DNA from: Ancylonema sp.
Taxonomy: Eukaryota
DNA length: 64,000 bases
Reading direction: 5' to 3'
NCBI GenBank assembly: GCA_050230475.1
Contig: JBFLGF010000112.1
Coordinates: 1-64,000, forward strand
The translations under genes and the position numbers were made by a program. Of this stretch, positions 49,492 to 62,270 are shown in pieces. Under the pieces are notes generated by a model. That model saw nothing but the letters and a program-made list of their open reading frames with translations. It was not told the DNA's origin and did no database searches. How positions within the stretch are numbered: position 1 is the first letter of the stretch; each line of letters opens with the position of its first letter.

Positions 49492-51126
49492 TTTTGAAGT
49501 GTGTACCGTTGTGTTTTTCAGCAATTTGATCGTTAGCAGAATCGAGCCGTTTGCCCAGGCCATGTGCCAGTCTTAGATTGACATCGCGCCACGCTCACCC
49601 GATCCGAGCCCGACCCGAACCCACCGTCCATCGTCAAATCGTCCGCCAACGTATTAAAAGCGTGTGCGATCGAATGTTATAGAATGTTGAATCATGGAAC
49701 GAGACGAGACGAGACTGCAGCAAATACTCGTTATCGGCACACCTTTGGGACACGGGAATTGTTGGCCTATCACGTGGTTAAGTCTGTAACACATGTAGAC
49801 ATGTTATAGGCATGTACGCTAGGGGCCCTTGGCTGGATGAGCCTGTAGCGAGGGAAATCCAAAATTTCGATCCCAGATCACGGGAACGTCGGCTGTCATG
49901 TCGGTGTACTTTTCCTGTCATGCAATTTCGGCAATATTGGCTGATTGGCGCGTGATCAAGTACAAAAAATACTCATTGTCGGCATACCTTCGGTACATGG
50001 GAAACATGTGCCTATAACGTGGTTATGTCTGTAACTTGGATATCGTGTTATCGGCACATTTGCCAGGGGCCCTGAGGCAGATGGGCCTGTAACGAGGAAA
50101 AATCAAAACTTTGCTTCCATAGCTGGTGAACCTCGTCTGCCATGTCGCTGATTTTTTTTTGAACCAAGAAATAGTGTCTTATCCGCTGATTGGAGTGTGA
50201 ATACTAACAATGGTAGCATCTTCACTTGTCAGTCCATAATAGGTCGTGCGCCTATATAGTACAATTTAGAGTGATATAGGCACAGACGCCTATTGTTGAG
50301 TGTGTAATGCTAAGTGTGACGCGTGCCCAGCCCCGGACTGTTGAGCACGTAATGCCGAGATCGGCGCGTGCCCAACCGCGGACTATATTTNATTTTGAAG
50401 TGTGTACCGTTGTGTTTTTCAGCAATTTGATCGTTAGCAGAATCGAGCCGTTTGCCCAGGCCATGTGCCAGTCTTAGATTGACATCGCGCCACGCTCACC
50501 CGATCCGAGCCCGACCCGAACCCACCGTCCATCGTCAAATCGTCCGCCAACGTATTAAAAGCGTGTGCGATCGAATGTTATAGAATGTTGAATCATGGAA
50601 CGAGACGAGACGAGACTGCAGCAAATACTCGTTATCGGCACACCTTTGGGACACGGGAATTGTTGGCCTATCACGTGGTTAAGTCTGTAACACATGTAGA
50701 CATGTTATAGGCATGTACGCTAGGGGCCCTTGGCTGGATGAGCCTGTAGCGAGGGAAATCCAAAATTTCGATCCCAGATCACGGGAACGTCGGCTGTCAT
50801 GTCGGTGTACTTTTCCTGTCATGCAATTTCGGCAATATTGGCTGATTGGCGCGTGATCAAGTACAAAAAATACTCATTGTCGGCATACCTTCGGTACATG
50901 GGAAACATGTGCCTATAACGTGGTTATGTCTGTAACTTGGATATCGTGTTATCGGCACATTTGCCAGGGGCCCTGAGGCAGATGGGCCTGTAACGAGGAA
51001 AAATCAAAACTTTGCTTCCATAGCTGGTGAACCTCGTCTGCCATGTCGCTGATTTTTTTTTGAACCAAGAAATAGTGTCTTATCCGCTGATTGGAGTGTG
51101 AATACTAACAATGGTAGCATCTTCAC
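49492..51126 (+). repeat. About 735-bp exact direct duplication spanning an N (49492-50226 = 50393-51127)
   Basis: Constant 901 offset; N at 50391. Confidence 0.9.
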
Positions 51127-51710
51127 TCTCATGTAGTTTTTGAGATGCGTTGGCTTTCCAAGGTAATGGTCGATTACTTCGTCCACCCATTTCAAGGCAT
51201 ATAAAGCACATTTAAAGGAACATAAACGATTGTCATCATGGTCTTGTCTTTGATTTTTTTTCAAGAAATATGGATTCAGGCATGAATGCCTTTGTCTTTA
51301 ATGGAGCCAATGAAATGAGTGTGTACGCAGAAGAGCGGCCACATATTTTCTTGCCAACATTGCACATAATGTACTTGCACTGTTTGCACATAATGTACTT
51401 GCACTGTGCTTAACATGACCTTCGATATCCACTACTGGAAAAAAAATGTTGATTCCCTCTTGCTTGCGGTTCATAACACTCGTTGCTTGCATTGCCAGTA
51501 ACTTGTTTGTTAATCGTTGAACTCATAATAGATCTTCCTCCCCAAGACAAGCATCTTGGGCGATAAAGTTTGCAACGCCTTTGAAGGACTCCCTACATCC
51601 CACGAGAGTCATCTTCTAAGGTTTCATGTCGACATCATCATCATCACTATCAATGAGCTCTACATCCATCTCCTCACATCCCATGTGTTGCACGTGGTCC
51701 ACAATCTCTT
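49718..51710 (-). mobile_element. pogo/Tigger-like element remnant, same family as 1957-2555 and 9488-9977
   Basis: TIR CAGCAAATACTCGTTA at 49718 (duplicated at 50619) and a ~245-bp subterminal repeat. 51531-51707 is homologous to 2101-2279. Confidence 0.65.
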
Positions 51711-52999
51711 CGTCGATTAGCATTTATTCCACCTGCCAACAAGGAGCCTTTTGCATTTGTGACCCAATGCAGCATTATGATGACAATATTCCGATCCACC
51801 TTTGGCAGATACTGTATACAGATGCACATGCCAGCCGAACACACTCAATGTTTCGACAATTACACGATATTGCCAATGCAAAAAGACAGCTTGTCCCCAA
51901 GGTGCACTTTGGCCGAATGCGACCAAGGTGCACAAATTACAATATGTATGGTTCTCAGTTGCAAAGTGATCAAGGGTCGTTGCGGCGCCAACTTTGCCGA
52001 CCAACATACAAGCATCCTCATCCCTAGCCAAGTATTTGGTAACGATGTCATGCGCATGCATTCTGCTATTGGACATAATCTATGGCTGCCAATGAGCGCC
52101 TACTTCCGTACAACTAAGTAGTCAACCTTTGCCATCTTCTACCTAGTGCCCACTCGTGGAGCATAGTGCAATGCCCAACGGCATTGCTATGTCTTGCGAG
52201 GAGTTTACCGTACGGTTGAGCAACCGACCTCAGTCGTTCCTAGCCAGGTACGCGCACGTGCGCCAAAGTGTATTCCCAAGTGGCACCGCCACAGCTTCCG
52301 AATATTCTGCCGGGTCCGGCGGAGAGTCTAATGATGACTTCACTTATAACAACAAATGCCACGCTATATCGCGAAACGAAACATACACGGCCAAGAGTAT
52401 ATACCCGCGCACGCGCCGAACCACTAAATAGGCACACTATCGTATATTGTCCGATAGTTGTCGTGTTATCTAACATCGTGGCATACTGGCACGAGTCCAC
52501 TATCACTCTAACATAAAATCACCTTTAAATGCGCCACACCCGTGAGAAACCCTTCTCCACCAACCATGTGTCCTCTCACACGTGCAACATGATATAGTCC
52601 AGAAATGTGACGATGTCTCTCACTCTACATTTAAATCCGAACACGCCACACAATACTTACGTGCTTGTAGCAAAGAGATGGCTTCACTACATTAATAGTA
52701 ATTGAAAGTCGAATTTTGAGTGAAGCACAATTCTCCATGCTGGACATGCACGTTGGCCGTAATCGTATTTCACAACTACCATTCCTAAGTGACGCTTGGT
52801 ATTGGGCATCCAAGGACAACATAAGCATGCACTCTCAAATGTTCTTCCTTTGATGCACGCGGCTTCATTCTATGTCGGCTCTAACCCTTAACATCAACAA
52901 ATTGGCCTTGTTGCCCGATTTGGCAATTCAAGTACTCATTAAATGCAAACATCAAATAATTCACCAAAGTGAGTCATTTTGAAACATTTTTGAACTAGT

Positions 53000-55035
53000 C
53001 TACTCCACCTTACACCTATTTCGCTCAGGCTCTTTCAAAGTCCCAAAGAGCCAATCCATGAAGATGGTGTAGTGCCCATAATTGTGACGATAAGTCGTGT
53101 GATGGATGGTGTGGTACGCGGCCCCCATGATGGGGAAGACCCCCTCATCCACGTTGTCGTGGATGTTTGCTGTCCATATCGCCTCCAGAAACATAAGAAC
53201 CTCGTGGGTGAAGAAGTGCATCGGAAAGAGGCATAACGCTGCATCATGGGGAGAGGCTTGGAGGATACCGTCCACAGGATGAAAGGCTAGGCCTGCAATC
53301 GGAGCTCCACACAAGCACCACACAACGAATGGAGGTGAGAAGTGAGCCGGTAGATAAGAAAACACTTGAATTGTAGGACGGCGTGAAAACCTGCGACGCT
53401 CATTGTGTGATTGTACCTTCGACTCAAGCCCTTCCCAGAAAATCATCCTAGTATCTGATTTGAAGCAACTCTTTTCATGCCAACTCTCAGTGAGCTTATT
53501 GAGTTATGGAATCTGGTGAGGGTCAGAACGAGACATATTTCGGAAGTGTGCGATAGGCTGTGGTGAAATCCTCTCCACTGCTCTTCCACACATCACCGGT
53601 CAGCGTTGCTAATTGACGATTCACAGTTCTCATACAGAGCCAACATCACACAAATGAATTAACATCAACCACTTTGTCTCTCTCATCTCCAACATCATCT
53701 TCCTCCATTCTATCACCGACTCAGTATTTGGCAATCATCACGTGCACTGCGCTCTGAGTGTATAGACATTGACAACCATGAGGCAGCAGCAGCTAGTCCC
53801 CCAATCGGGATTCAGAAACTTAAAGAAGCATCATATTTTAGGCACAGAGATCACTAAGGGAGCATCTCCTATGGATGCCAGATGTCAGAAGGTGGCTCAG
53901 CTGTATTCACCCCTACACACAGACTTCACCGTGCAACCAGATGATCCAGAAAAAATTCAAATGGATTTTTTGTTTGCAACACCTGCGGCGGTTATTTGAT
54001 TTGCCAGTGGACTGACATCCTTTTTGTTGTTGATCTGACCGAAACCACATAATGACAACACCAACGACACCAAGTGACAGACAGTGCTCATTGTTGCAGT
54101 CAACCCTGAGTGCTGCAGCCATAAGCAGACCCTGCAGTCTCTTCATCACTTCGATAACCAGTATTCACACTCATACACTCCATGTGAAGAGATGTAACAA
54201 TTACAAAACGCAAGATACACAATGGCCAGTCACACAGTCAACCATTTCTGACAAAGAAATTAGCACGACTGTGACAGTGATATCTGTCAGGGTTCTCCAT
54301 CCCAGGCAAACACTGACCTGCGAATGGCGAGAGGGTGTTCTGTTTATTGTATATGTGATGCGTGGCGTGGAAAAGCTTGTAGAGTGGCTTGATGTCGTGC
54401 AGCTCTCGATGCATCCAGTATATGCCGAACTCCACAAATGCCATGTAGGCAGCTGCGTAGGATAAGTATCCAAAAAATCCTAATTCTCCAATAGAGGAGT
54501 AGGCCCTGGTCCAGCCCCTCTCCACCATATACTCTGAAACTGTTGGCAGGGTGACGTACAGAGGCATGGATTGCATTGATACGCGTATCTGCTTCCAGAT
54601 AGCTTCTTGAGACGGCATTGTACCCGGCGCAAAGAATTGCGATCCCCTTATTTGATAAATGTAAAAACACCAAAGGCTGCCAGCAACAAAGTAGAGTATG
54701 CATCCAGCCAGGTAGTTCCGGAACCACGTCTGCGCCACGTGCGGGAGCAAGTGCCGGTACGTCACCGGGACAAAAAAAAGTACGAGATCATTGTAGAATT
54801 GCGTGTCTCCCACGAAAAGCTGAAGGTATTCCGGGCTACCCTTCGTTAGGGAAGTGGGGGTGCTGAGGCCAAAAGATGCAAGTCGCCTGTCACCAAGTAA
54901 GGAATCAGCGATCTCACCCGAGGTGTTGGTTTGAAGTGGTGACAATATATCGGAGATACCGAATGCTGGTGGCGAAAACAACAATATGCAGCTGAAGATT
55001 GTTAGGCAATAGATCGCCCACTTGAACTCCATCAC
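53000..55035 (-). CDS. STE1: Delta(7)-sterol C5(6)-desaturase; 2 exons
   Basis: Exons 55035-54318 and 53292-53000. His boxes HRELH, HATHH and [33 protein letters not shown] and [16 protein letters not shown] match plant STE1/DWF7. Confidence 0.95.
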
Positions 55036-55789
55036 TTCAATCTAGAAATAAATGCAGAGCCCAAGCAGTCCTATGAGAGTTGAGAATGAATTTCTCGTTG
55101 ATCGCCTTCACAGGCCGTGGCGCTAGGTCTCCATCCGTGCAGGAGAAAGCACAAATATTTTAGCGTCGCAGATGCGTTCAATTACGCGGCCACGCCAAAA
55201 ATGACCGGATGCACGTTTTCCAGTTCACGGTGTTTGCCCTCAGCTTTTGCACCCTCTAATTTTTAATTATATTTGGCATTTAAATTAGAGCACAAAGCTG
55301 AGGCTATTAAATTCCGTTCTCGAATTGCGTTTCTGCTTGATTATCGAATTCTAGCCCCTATTATTTCCAGGCTTTCATAACGGTTTCAACAAATCACGGT
55401 ATGATAAACAGTTTGTCAGTCTCGCATGAATCGACGTGCCAATATTTCCTCACGTCCACTCCAAAACTTATTTTCTGCGCTGTCAGAGGCTGTTTTGCCG
55501 ATTTTTGCCGACCTTGCTCTTTTAATTTCTAGGGCGCCAACTTTGGATTTTACAACCTCCAGATGCACCTTTGAGAAGCCAGTACGGTTGCCTGGAGGAT
55601 CTCATTGCGTTCAGGCGTCTGTTTACGAAGGGCTTGGAAAGGCAAATGATTGGAGTGCTGTTAGTGGTTGTCAAAAGCCCTCAAGCTTTGAAATCTATGG
55701 AATGGAGTTCGAGGATTGATTTCTGAAACCGACATCGACTCCATTCTCATTTACATTTCGTAAGGGCGCAAGGAGAAGATTGATTTTCA

Positions 55790-58694
55790 ATGTCAGAGTC
55801 CACGGTTGCAGAGCAGGGGAGCTGGGGCCGTGTTCTCGCCGAAATACCTGTAAATTTATCGAACTCACCGAGGACATCAGCGGCTGGTCGCAAGAATCAC
55901 GAGAAATCCGGGAAGCATTCCGAAACAAATGCTGATACAAACTCACTGAATGGGGAAATAAAAACTCCGACTGCAGAGTTTGAAACTACATTCCAACCCG
56001 GAGCAGAAACATCAACGTCGAAACCAGGTACGACCTCCAGCCTTCGCCAAATTGCTAGCATAATGCTTGGCAGCGTCAGAAAAGAGGTCGGTGTGGTTAT
56101 CGTTCCCAATCACGGAAGTATGAATGGTGAAAGAATATAAAGGCCACATCTTTCTTGTCGTCCGCTGTCCATGAAGTAGGTGACAAGAACGCAAGTAAGC
56201 GTGGACAAAAGTTCATTCGCATTTAGGGCGTAGTGTGTTGCATACTTTATGCACTACTGTGACGGTCTTCCACACGGATTTCACTCTCCAGACCAGTAGC
56301 CTTTGAGAACCTGCAAGATAGGTTCAAAGGCCGGTAAAGGCCCTCCACCTTGGAGGTCCTCACGCGTCAGAGTTGAGAAACAGGAGAGGCTAAAATAGTT
56401 TTCCAGTACTTCAATCTGGTTGCATAGCTCTTTCAAAAAGATTAAGAAGAAAAAGAGGGGGAACACTGCGACTAGACTATTCCTCGTGCTGACTCAGTAT
56501 GTGTCATGTTGTACGGCTGTCCTTGTGTCACAGTAGGACAGCACTCAAGCCTTCAAATTCAAAGCTCTGTGATAGCACAACAGCTGTACCTGGACTGTAA
56601 TGACCTGCATTTCGCCATCTGGCGCATACTCTGCAATGTCTTGCTTTATGATTTTCCAGCGGACAATCATGTGTTGCAGCTTGAATCATTGCACCATTCA
56701 TATCTGTTTGCATCCTTACTACCACACTGCATCTGCTGGTTATCTCTGCAGTCCTGCAATACCAAAGACGAAAGCGAAAAAGTGGCGATGGCGATGAGGA
56801 CTCTCTCGATGTCGCTGTACCTCCACCCGTGCCGCCGTACACTCCTCCAGGACTTCCACCTGGCATGTCTCCTTCGCTGACAAGTGGCATCTCTGAAGAA
56901 CAACCATCTGGCCGTCATACCACAGCCATGAGGCAACAACTTGCATCTCTACCTTCCGCCAGTCCTCAACAGCTGATCAATTCCATGACTCTGCCACCTG
57001 GCACCTCCACACCTCTAGAGACTGAAACGCCAGAGGGTTCGCGATCTGGCCTACCTCGAGTGCTGACTAGTGTGGAGGGGGTGACAGTAACCCCAGATAA
57101 ACAGATCATGCCAGCAGATGGAGAAGAAGGTCATGGAGCTCCCGTTTCCAAATCTGGTGGAAAGACTCCCAGGTAGGGAAACGAAGCGGGCCATGCCTAG
57201 GTTAACACTCATGGTGTGGTGCTTCACCAAGGTCTGTTGGGGTCGGTCTGAATAATCCTACTTTGCTTCACTACAGGTTCAGCAGTTGCAGTTTTAAATT
57301 TGCTACCATTCGAGTTCCTTTTCTTTCGTATTGCAGAAGAGAACAGCCTGCCCGAGCAGCAAAAAAGTTGGTGCCAGAAATGCATGTGGGACAACCTGGG
57401 AGGAAGTCTGAGCCAGGTGGCAGAAGATCCACGTGCCACATCAGCAAAAATGAACATCATCGGAGAGCATCTGAACCGCCAGATGCAACTCTTTTGCCAA
57501 GTCGTCGGTCTTCCAGCACAGGCATTTCTCAGCAGCCAGCAAGCATCAGACTTTTCCCCGGGGGCGAAATTGCTACACCAGCAGATGAGCCCTTCGAATT
57601 CCAAAATCCTCCTAGTCCAGCTGGAAGGGACTCTGTGCCAGGCAGCAGCACGTCTGCGCCAGCTGGCAGTCGATATTTCCCGGGACTGGATGGCCACCTG
57701 GCATCGGGCAGAGTTGTCGGAATAGCTGGGAGGAGCTTGTCAGAAGACACATCGGCAGCTAGGGGGAGTGAGAGCACACCTGGCAAGGTAGGCAACAGCA
57801 CCAAATCTGAGTGCGCATGAGGTTCGTGGGAGATAGAAGGGTTTTCAGGTTATTATAATCATATCGCCGCACAGAGAGATAAGAGGGAGGGACCATGGTG
57901 GGATTGGTCAGGCAATGACATCAATGACGTGGACAGTGCACACGGCTGAGATGAAAATCCCGCTGTTCTATGTCAATCAATCCGGTTGTGAAGGTTAGAG
58001 GCGGGGTTCTGTTGTGCAGCTGACACGGTCGGGTGGTAAGATGGCGAAAAAGCAGCATGACAATGACCAAAGAGAGTTTTTGCTTCAACAAAAGGTACTC
58101 TTTGCAGACGTGGATGCGTTTGAACTAGAGGAAGACGATTCATCGACATCCAAAGAAAGTGAAGAGATGTCACCCACATTGCCACCCTCCGACAAAGAGG
58201 AGGGGTTATGACTCTATTCCATCTGGCTAGGAATGTAGATTTCATGTAGTTGAGAGATGCTCTCAATTTCATTGTATGAGGTTTCGAGTTCCTGATTATG
58301 CACGAGGATGGTATGAGGAGGGAGGATGTTGAGTCGAGGGTTTTTTTCCAATACTTCATGTGGAAAGGTTACCCGGGATGCAAGATGGTTGGAAGTATTT
58401 GTAATGCTATGTATATACCGACTGCTGCGACTCATACATGCCCATCAAGGTACTTACTAGAGGTCGTCGAGGGGCCACACCCTCGACACTGTGTTATTTA
58501 TGGTAGTGGATAGCATTGCAAGAGGAGGGTTGTCTTGGATGGAACCTACAATCATATTTTTCTATTTGAGATTGGCATGGCAGTGTCGCACAACAACCTT
58601 TTCCACATTGCCATGCCGTCCACACCTTCGCCAGTTCTATAAAGAGTGGAATGAATACTGCATTCACTTCCTCCTTCCCATATCTCTGATGTGA
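55790..58694 (+). pseudogene. Decayed coding-like region with possible PHD-finger and chromodomain remnants
   Basis: A series of + strand ORF fragments, Cys/His spacing spread across frames at 56630-56765 and YFMWKGYP at 58350-58376. No coherent model. Confidence 0.3.
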
Positions 58695-58965
58695 CACACA
58701 AGTCCATGTGTACTTTTTGTTCTCTTCATATGGTTCATGAAAATGATATTGTCCTTTGCGAGCGAAGTGATCAATGAGATTTAAAAAGAAGATAAAAAAT
58801 ACAGAGTGTTATGCCACATGTACTGTACACATCTTCTGTCAAAAATGGATTCTTTTAAAAAGCCTCGAGACCAAAAAGTTCCAACAACAACCACCGATAA
58901 ATCAATGACCGACAATAATCAAAATGGACCTTATCCATTTGTGGAAAGCAATGATGCCTCTCTCC

Positions 58966-61900
58966 CTAATTTTCTATCACCTCCGTATTCTTTTGAGGGG
59001 GTGCCTCTATCGTGTAATCCGGATCGCTCATTGTAAGCACAAACAAGTTTCCTTTGTCACCTCGCGCGATTCTGATACCACAATGTCCAACACATCATGG
59101 AGGTGTGAGAAATCGATGACAAATCCCTACGTGAGTCATTATCTAGTATAACCATGATTACCTCCCCTCAAATATCTGACCCCTGCCCCTAATCTATAAA
59201 ACTAGCCGTCACGGATGCACTTTAAAAGACTTTAATTTTTCGGTCCTGAACTACACTCAATGATGCCAAACCCAGATACAGATCGACTCCATTTCAGAGT
59301 TTACCTTTCAATGCTCGTTTGTTATGCAAGTACGTCTTAATATTGATAATTTTTGTATAAAAGAAATCGGAAGGAGGTAGCAACCACAACCTCTACACAT
59401 CAATATTTCCATTATCATGTGCTTTCTATCATCGCAATTTCCACACAACACTCTCATTGTCCACAAGAATCCTCTCGTTTTCTTTGGCGTGAAGAAGGGC
59501 GATTTTCTTGTGCGAGACATAACGACGGGTTTAAAATACGACCACGAGACATAGACTCCTTTCCCCTCCCCCTTCCCCCTACCTCATTTCTTCATCGAGG
59601 TATGTGATGTTAAGCTCGCCTCGAGCCGAGTCGGGGGCGGTCACACCGATCTGCAAGGGCCCAGAAAGAAAAAGCAAAAGAAGAAGAAAAACACCAATGT
59701 AAGACATAATATTCAACGTAGGAGTACACGCACCATATGAATGATTCGGTATATGCGTGTCATACTTCTTCTATTTCCCTCCCCTTTTCGCAGTATTGTA
59801 CAAACGAATCTATGCACATAGAAGAATTAATCGATGGTGAGTGTTCACTTGAAAAAATAAGTTTCGTTCTGTTTGGAGGTATGGTATAAACAAAATTGGT
59901 GTTTGGAGACCGCAGGGTTAGTATCGATACACCAACTCTGCATTTCTCCCCCACCCCCTTTGCCCCCTTGCTCCCCTCCAACTATTAAAATGATAACGGA
60001 GGGTGATAATACCACATGACATCATCGAGAGAAGAATCCCCCACACCCAAAATGGTACATGAGGGAACCAAAGTTTTGACAGCGAATCAAATCGAGAGCA
60101 TTTTGGCGGGTTGTGCATGTTATGTATGAATGACTTTGTTTAGAGTTCGCGATTGTGTTTGTGTTTTCTCACCAGACCCGCGATTTTGAATTTATCAAAC
60201 TTGACGGCCACTTTTGAGCCCGAGAGAGGAGTCAACGTCGCCTGGACCTGACCCCGCATCACCATACCCATCCTCTAATTCAGTGGTGGGGAAATAAAAT
60301 GTGGAAGACCCTACCGAGATTGATATTCCGATCAACCTTCGCTTCATTCCAAACAAAACGTTAAATTGCAATGTGCTCAGGGATTGTTGCACATTGCTCT
60401 CCCCCATTTTCTAGTGGAAGAAGTGAAGGCAGACCTGGTTGAACAGCGGCCACGTTTGCATGTTCCTGGCCTGAAGACTGTCGGTGTCGATGCACTGATA
60501 GATCCGCCCCTGCTTGCGCAACGCCTTGGGGATCTGCAAATCCGCGGAACCAAAACGGATGAATACGCAACAAATACATGCATGCATGCATATATATATG
60601 TGACCCTGTAGGGAATGATTTATGTATACATGTAAGCATACCTGTACATATGAAGTGTGTATTCGTATCAGAGTGATATGATGAAAATGGTATCTATATA
60701 ATATATTACATGTGAATGTGCATGTGATCAAACGTGGTATATGTATTGGCATTGAAAACTTATGATTTAGGACTTGATGCAAAGGTAGGATACATGAATT
60801 GTATGTAACGCGTATGATGTATGACTTGATATATGAATGCGGGCAGTACATGAATTGATGTCAGGATCAGATGGATCTTCGCCAATAAAAATTCTCATGA
60901 TTTTTTACATGTTTCTTGTTTGAGAGGATGGCCATCCAGAATAGAGAGGCAGAGAAGTCTGTCCTGCCTCTTAACTTGTGGTTCAGGTGCAGCTTCCTGT
61001 ACATGTCCAGGTTCAGTGCATGGAGTGGTTCGAGTACAGGGTGAGGGTTAGCACCGACATTGAAGTTGCGATTATGACCCGATCTATATTCAACCTTTGT
61101 TCAAAAACAGAGTCCTTAGCGATGACATCAGATCCCGTTTTGTCATGTTCGTTATATTCAGACGATGGGGAGACATGGCACCCCTTCGTGTGTACGGGGA
61201 GCAGACTGGATGAGAACGGATACGTTGCAATTATAACCGTGTTAGTGGCGAATGGTTCATGGTCGACTGTGGATGGTCCACAATGAAATGTGGAATGCTC
61301 GAAGCTCAACTACAATCCAGTTTTCCATGAGCAGAGAAGGGGCCGTCGTGTATACCAACTCCCACTTGCCGTTTATAAGGGGAGAGGACAGAGGATTTCT
61401 GGTCGGATTCACAGATTCCAGTTTCCGCACTATCTGCATCACATTCGGTAGCATACTCAGTAGGGTCAGTAGGGTAGGTACCTTAGGTGAAGGAGAATAG
61501 GTCTATGAATAACTAGTTTGTGTTTTGGTTTACCGAACAATCAGAACAATCAGATTGCCATTTCGGTGCATTGTTATCAAGGGTCGAAATAGCGAAGAAA
61601 TGATCGGATACAACGAGTAGGTCAGAACCATTTTGAGACGTGCTTCTTTTCGACAGAACGATACCAAAAGCTTGTGTGCAATTGTGACCTCGCAGGTCAG
61701 TATTAGATTCCGTAAATAGTCTATCATGTAAGCAGGATTTCACCTGACATATTTGTGCCAGAGCCACTCAGGTTCCAAAATCAGACCAAAAGTCAGGATG
61801 AATCAACACAATTAAATCCCCATAAACACCTCAAAGATGATTTCATATCTGCCAAAGCCGCCAGGCAACCTGCAGTCATTTGCCAAAAAAATCGTCACAT

Positions 61901-62270
61901 CACCAAAAATGAATGAAGCACTTACAGCTTCTACAGCATCCTGGTCTTCAGGATCAGCGTTCGCTCCCCTGTCCAAAGACTTCACAGATTCCAAAAGGGA
62001 TTCTTTCAGCTCCGTTTGCTTCTCAAGATTGCCTCGGGTAAAAAAATCAAACAACCCAGCTCTAACAGCCTGCCTGGAACTCCTCTTCTCAGAACTGTGA
62101 CGAACGGAGAGCTGTTGACAATCTAGATTTCCAAATGACAGTCTGACGCCAGACACCGCTGATTTACTGAAGGATAAACATACATGACTTTGCGATGTTA
62201 CCGGATCTGTGAAACTGACTTCGCCCCGACGCAGTACATTGGCGCTCGTGCTGAGTGAAGCAGAGGCCAT
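58966..62270 (-). CDS. Plastid lipid-associated protein / fibrillin (FBN3-like) with transit peptide; 6 exons
   Basis: Phase-consistent exons 62270-61926, 61433-61314, 60533-60435, 60247-60173, 59650-59583, 59071-58966. Motifs [51 protein letters not shown]. Confidence 0.93.

Noticed and set aside
51717..52516. Short ORFs beside the pogo-like remnant
   Set aside because: No recognisable domain or splice model.
11926..55035. Phytohormone gene cluster (LOG plus STE1/DWF7)
   Set aside because: About 38 kb apart with unrelated genes between; STE1 is a general sterol enzyme.
59071..59080. PBS-like TGGTATCAGA on the minus strand
   Set aside because: Coincides with the fibrillin last-exon acceptor; no adjacent LTR.
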